From IMG/VR virus record IMGVR_UViG_3300009441_000007: a DNA stretch of 20,000 bases; one strand, written 5' to 3'. The notes under the pieces are model-generated. The model had not been told where the DNA came from and did no database searches. It was given only the letters and a program-made list of their open reading frames with translations. Of this stretch, positions 16,677-20,000 are shown in pieces. Every line of letters begins with the position of its first letter. Position 1 is the first letter of the stretch. Source of the DNA: an uncultured virus (IMG/VR IMGVR_UViG_3300009441_000007) (lineage: Duplodnaviria; Heunggongvirae; Uroviricota; Caudoviricetes). A program made the translations under genes and the position numbers.

Positions 16677-17457
16677 AGTCTCATATGACTTAAAACTTTT
16701 ATCAAAGGAGTTTGCAAAGGATTTTATACAAACGCATCATTACTCACCTGTGATGCCTAGACTGACAAAACACTTTCTAGGGTTTTTTGTCGAAGATAAG
16801 TGTGTTGGTATTTTGACTCTAGGTTGGGGGACTCAGCCTAGACAAACCATTAATAAAATGTTTACTGGTCTAGAGTCAAAAGACTATTGGGAAATCGGTA
16901 AGATGTGTATGACCGATGCCATGCCAAAGAATTCAGAATCACAAATGATATCCCATGCCATAAGATGGATTAAAGAAAACCAACCAACAAAACAGTTTCT
17001 ATATACAATGGCTGATGGCATAATGGGCAAGTGTGGTTATGTCTATCAGGCCAGTAATTTCTTATATGGTGGCAAGTACTTCACTCAAGTGTATGACATC
17101 AATGGAGAGAAGGTTCACCCCAGAACAACAAACAAACTATGCCAAGAGAATGCAAAGTTTGTTGGCAAGGAAAAGGTGTTCTGGTTAACTTCAGATTTTA
17201 TGAAGCATAAAGGCATAAAGAAAATAGAGGGGTATATGTTTAGGTACATTTATCCCCTGAACAAGAAGGCGAAACGGTTAATGAAACATTCAAACATGGA
17301 TTGGGTTAGAACATACCCGAAAGACCATGACTTGAAATGGTTTGATAAGACTAGTAACCCCAAATTCCAAATTGAAAAGCCCCATTTTACATATGATAAT
17401 GTAGTGTACAATGCCAAGAACATTGGGATGGGCGCAACCCTGAGAGATTTATTATGA
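16645..17457 (+). CDS. Mom-like DNA-modifying GNAT-fold protein
   Basis: HHYS, WEIGKMCM, PKNSES and YTMADG..GKCGYVYQASNFLYGG resemble phage Mu Mom (SFAD..G..GVVYQASNF). Start uncertain (16642-16669). Confidence 0.75.
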   Translation: MDWEQTKLLPKVSYDLKLLSKEFAKDFIQTHHYSPVMPRLTKHFLGFFVEDKCVGILTLGWGTQPRQTINKMFTGLESKDYWEIGKMCMTDAMPKNSESQMISHAIRWIKENQPTKQFLYTMADGIMGKCGYVYQASNFLYGGKYFTQVYDINGEKVHPRTTNKLCQENAKFVGKEKVFWLTSDFMKHKGIKKIEGYMFRYIYPLNKKAKRLMKHSNMDWVRTYPKDHDLKWFDKTSNPKFQIEKPHFTYDNVVYNAKNIGMGATLRDLL

Positions 17458-18224
17458 AACTAATTTTAGTGTCGGGTGGGTTTGACCCATTGCACAAAGG
17501 TCATCTTGACATGCTGACAAGTGCCAGACAACTGGGTGACCGATTATCGGTTGGACTGAATAGTGATGAGTGGTTGACCAGAAAGAAAGGTGCGCCCTTC
17601 ATGTCCTTCAATGATAGAATGGATATCCTAATGGAACTAGAATGCGTTGACCATGTAGTGCCATTTGATGACAGTGATGATACCGCAAATGATTTCATTC
17701 GCACGGCAATATCAACTCACGGCACCGAAGGTAACCAGTTCGTGTTTGTCAATGGAGGAGACCGTGGCCCAGAAAATATTCCAGAACTGGATGACGATGC
17801 CACTGATTCACTAGACATTGACTTAGATTTTGTGTTTGATGTCGGTGGCGAAAAGTCTTATTCTAGTAGTGATGTGAATATAGTACAAAGAAAATGGGGC
17901 GAGTACAAAGTTGTCCATAAAGAAGAGGAGGCATTGGTTAAGTTACTAACAATAGAAGTTGGTGAGGAAATCAGTTACCAAAGACATTTTTATCGTGGTG
18001 AAATCTGGCATATTATTGAAGGTCAGGCCATGGTGAAAACTAGTCGAGGCAGACCACAAAATTATCAATTTGATTACTTGACATCTGGTCAACATTTTGG
18101 TATAATACCCTATCAGTGGCACCAAGTTAAGAATGTCGGTAAAGTGCCACTAAGGATAATCGAGATACAACACGGTTCGTATATCGGTGAAGATGACATT
18201 GAACGAGAGGAAACATTACATTGA
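17454..18224 (+). CDS. HxGH nucleotidyltransferase fused to a mannose-6-phosphate-isomerase-type cupin
   Basis: N-terminal SGGFDPLHKGH, NGGDR and KSYSSS; C-terminal RKWGEY, SYQRHFYRGEIW, WHQVKN and IIEIQHGSYIGEDDIER. Confidence 0.85.
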   Translation: MKLILVSGGFDPLHKGHLDMLTSARQLGDRLSVGLNSDEWLTRKKGAPFMSFNDRMDILMELECVDHVVPFDDSDDTANDFIRTAISTHGTEGNQFVFVNGGDRGPENIPELDDDATDSLDIDLDFVFDVGGEKSYSSSDVNIVQRKWGEYKVVHKEEEALVKLLTIEVGEEISYQRHFYRGEIWHIIEGQAMVKTSRGRPQNYQFDYLTSGQHFGIIPYQWHQVKNVGKVPLRIIEIQHGSYIGEDDIEREETLH

Positions 18225-18239
18225 GTAGAGGAAACATTA
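18206..18239 (+). repeat. 13-bp direct repeat AGAGGAAACATTA at the gp44 initiation region
   Basis: Copies at 18206-18218 and 18227-18239; the second runs into the ATG at 18239. Confidence 0.8.
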
Positions 18240-19168
18240 TGAATGAATATTTATGGGTAGAGAAATACAGACCACAAACAATTGCGGAATGCGTGCTACC
18301 TGACAGGGTGAAAGAAACCTTCCAAGAATTTGTATCGGCTGGTGAGATATCCAATCTGCTTTTATGCGGGGGTGCTGGTACAGGTAAAACAACTGTGGCG
18401 AAAGCACTCTGCAATGAGATTGGTTGTGATTTTATTATGATTAACGGGTCGGATGAAAGTGGTATCGATGTGTTGCGTACTAAGATAAAAGACTTTGCCA
18501 ACACTGTGAGTTTTGAAGGTAAACCAAAGGTTGTGATTCTGGATGAGGCAGATTATCTAAATCCAAACTCAACCCAACCAGCATTAAGGGCGTTCATCGA
18601 AGAGTTCTCTGGTAATTGTAGATTTATTTTTACATGTAATTTCAAGAACAGAATCATTGCGCCGTTGCACAGTAGAACCTCTGTCATAGAGTTCAAACTC
18701 GACAAGAGTGAACGACAGAATATGGCAGGCAAGTTCCTTGAACGAATGAAGATGGTACTGGACAAGGAAGGTATCGAATACTCCACGCCAGTTCTCGCTG
18801 AGTTGTTGATGAAACACTTCCCAGACTATCGTAGGGTTCTCAATGAACTCCAGAGATACTCTAAGAGTGGTAAGATTGATGAGGGTATCCTCAGTAACAT
18901 CGCTGAGATTAACACCAAGGGACTCACAGACAGTCTCAAGGATAAGGATTGGCGCAAGATGCGACAGTGGGTAGCAAACAATGTTGACAATGACCCACAA
19001 GGTGTATACAGAAAGGTATACGATGCTCTTCTGGATAAGGTCAAACAAGTACCGCATCTGGTATTACTGATTGCAGACTATCAGTACAAGGCTGCATTCG
19101 TGGCAGACCAAGAGATTAACCTTACTGCCTGTCTTACTGACATCATGGCCAGTTGTGAATTCAAATGA
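18239..19168 (+). CDS. gp44: Clamp loader large subunit gp44
   Basis: LWVEKYRP, GGAGTGKTT, ILDEAD, PLHSR and FPDYRR; ATG 18239 follows a GAGG RBS. Confidence 0.96.
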   Translation: MNEYLWVEKYRPQTIAECVLPDRVKETFQEFVSAGEISNLLLCGGAGTGKTTVAKALCNEIGCDFIMINGSDESGIDVLRTKIKDFANTVSFEGKPKVVILDEADYLNPNSTQPALRAFIEEFSGNCRFIFTCNFKNRIIAPLHSRTSVIEFKLDKSERQNMAGKFLERMKMVLDKEGIEYSTPVLAELLMKHFPDYRRVLNELQRYSKSGKIDEGILSNIAEINTKGLTDSLKDKDWRKMRQWVANNVDNDPQGVYRKVYDALLDKVKQVPHLVLLIADYQYKAAFVADQEINLTACLTDIMASCEFK

Positions 19169-19608
19169 GTCTAGGTCTGGGTGAACCAGAAAAGATTTAT
19201 GATGCCGAAGACTACAAGGTAAAGAAGAAATCGATTAGTCCATTTGACTTTGCCAATAGTATCAATTATTCTAAAGAAAACATGATGGTTGATGAGTGGT
19301 CAGAAAAACAATACAACGCTTTCATTATAAATAAGTCTATGTCACACGGTATGGATACGGTGATTGCAGCTAATGAGATGAATTCCAGACCACATCTTGA
19401 TGTTAAGATGCAATATGACTTTCTCCGTTCGATAGTTCGTAAAAAGAAACGATTTAACAAGTGGTTGAAACCAGAAAAAGAAGAACATCTGGAACTGATA
19501 AAGGAAGCCTTTGGGTATTCCAATGTCAAAGCACAGGAAGTTCTTAGGATTCTTAGTACTGAAGACATCGAAGGTATAAGAAAGAAACTAAACAAAGGTG
19601 GAAAATAA
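19165..19608 (+). CDS. gp62: Clamp loader small subunit gp62
   Basis: SPFDFANSI, YNAFIIN, ANEMN, QYDFL and KKRFNKWLK; lies between gp44 and regA. Confidence 0.9.
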   Translation: MSLGLGEPEKIYDAEDYKVKKKSISPFDFANSINYSKENMMVDEWSEKQYNAFIINKSMSHGMDTVIAANEMNSRPHLDVKMQYDFLRSIVRKKKRFNKWLKPEKEEHLELIKEAFGYSNVKAQEVLRILSTEDIEGIRKKLNKGGK

Positions 19609-19614
19609 CAAACC

Positions 19615-19622
19615 TATAAATA
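19615..19622 (+). promoter_or_regulatory. T4-type late promoter TATAAATA upstream of regA
   Basis: Exact consensus in the gp62-regA gap. Confidence 0.6.
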
Positions 19623-19659
19623 CGTTCATAGTAATTAATTTTAAAATGAAGGTATTATC

Positions 19660-20000
19660 ATGGGGACTGATGATTTTTTTGACATTGATTTTCCAGACTA
19701 CAAACCTGTTGAAATATTCTTAGAAAAAGAAGATGACTTTTTAAAGGTTAGAGAAACGCTGTCTAGGATTGGAGTGGCATCTAAAAAAGACAAGACATTA
19801 TATCAGTCCTGTCATATTCTGCACAAACAAGGTCGGTATTTTATTACTCACTTCAAAGAACTCTTTGCCCTTGATGGCAAGGAGGCTGATTTGAGTGATA
19901 ATGATTTGAAACGAAGGAATGCAATCGCCAAACTATTGGAAGATTGGGGATTGTTAAAACTTCTAGACAAATCAATTAGTGATGATGTGGCTCCGATGAG
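19660..20000 (+). CDS. regA: Translational repressor RegA (3' end outside window; absent from the ORF track)
   Basis: DDFLKVRETLSRIGVASKKDKTLYQSCHILHKQGRYFITHFKELFALDGK matches T4 RegA. Confidence 0.95.
   Translation, partial: MGTDDFFDIDFPDYKPVEIFLEKEDDFLKVRETLSRIGVASKKDKTLYQSCHILHKQGRYFITHFKELFALDGKEADLSDNDLKRRNAIAKLLEDWGLLKLLDKSISDDVAPM

Noticed and set aside
1244..19595. Other short minus-strand and alternative-frame ORFs in the track (e.g. 5850-6389, 18584-19057)
   Set aside because: Nested in well-supported + strand genes and lacking recognisable motifs.
1..20000. tRNA genes, introns, inteins, homing endonucleases, stop-codon recoding
   Set aside because: No cloverleaf in the short gaps, core genes have normal uninterrupted lengths, and TAA, TAG and TGA all act as stops.

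Overview
A 20-kb segment of a lytic T4-like (myovirus-type) dsDNA phage. Gene order resembles marine T4-like phages, and the host is probably a proteobacterium (inference from a proteobacterial-type IscU and IHF-consensus sites). All well-supported genes are on the + strand. The core replication/recombination/transcription genes are uvsW (partial), gp55 late sigma factor, gp47/gp46, gp45 clamp, gp44/gp62 clamp loader and regA (partial). Accessory blocks sit between them: (A) DenV-like glycosylase, DUF4338/DruA-like protein, glutaredoxin, TagD-like cytidylyltransferase and a T4 beta-glucosyltransferase-like protein; (B) peptide deformylase, three signal-peptide proteins including an SNase-family nuclease, and iscU-iscA; (C) a CobT-like HExxH/vWA protein plus a CobS/MoxR-like AAA+ ATPase, each behind a near-identical 51-bp promoter; (D) peroxiredoxin, Mom-like protein and a nucleotidyltransferase-cupin fusion. 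The best candidate for an undescribed system is a multi-enzyme DNA hypermodification set (A+D). Other points of interest are a perfect antisense sigma70 promoter, GATC sites kept in three -10 boxes despite apparent window-wide GATC depletion, and a structured intergenic RNA with a CU-rich loop. All family assignments are by motif recognition from memory; no searches were run.
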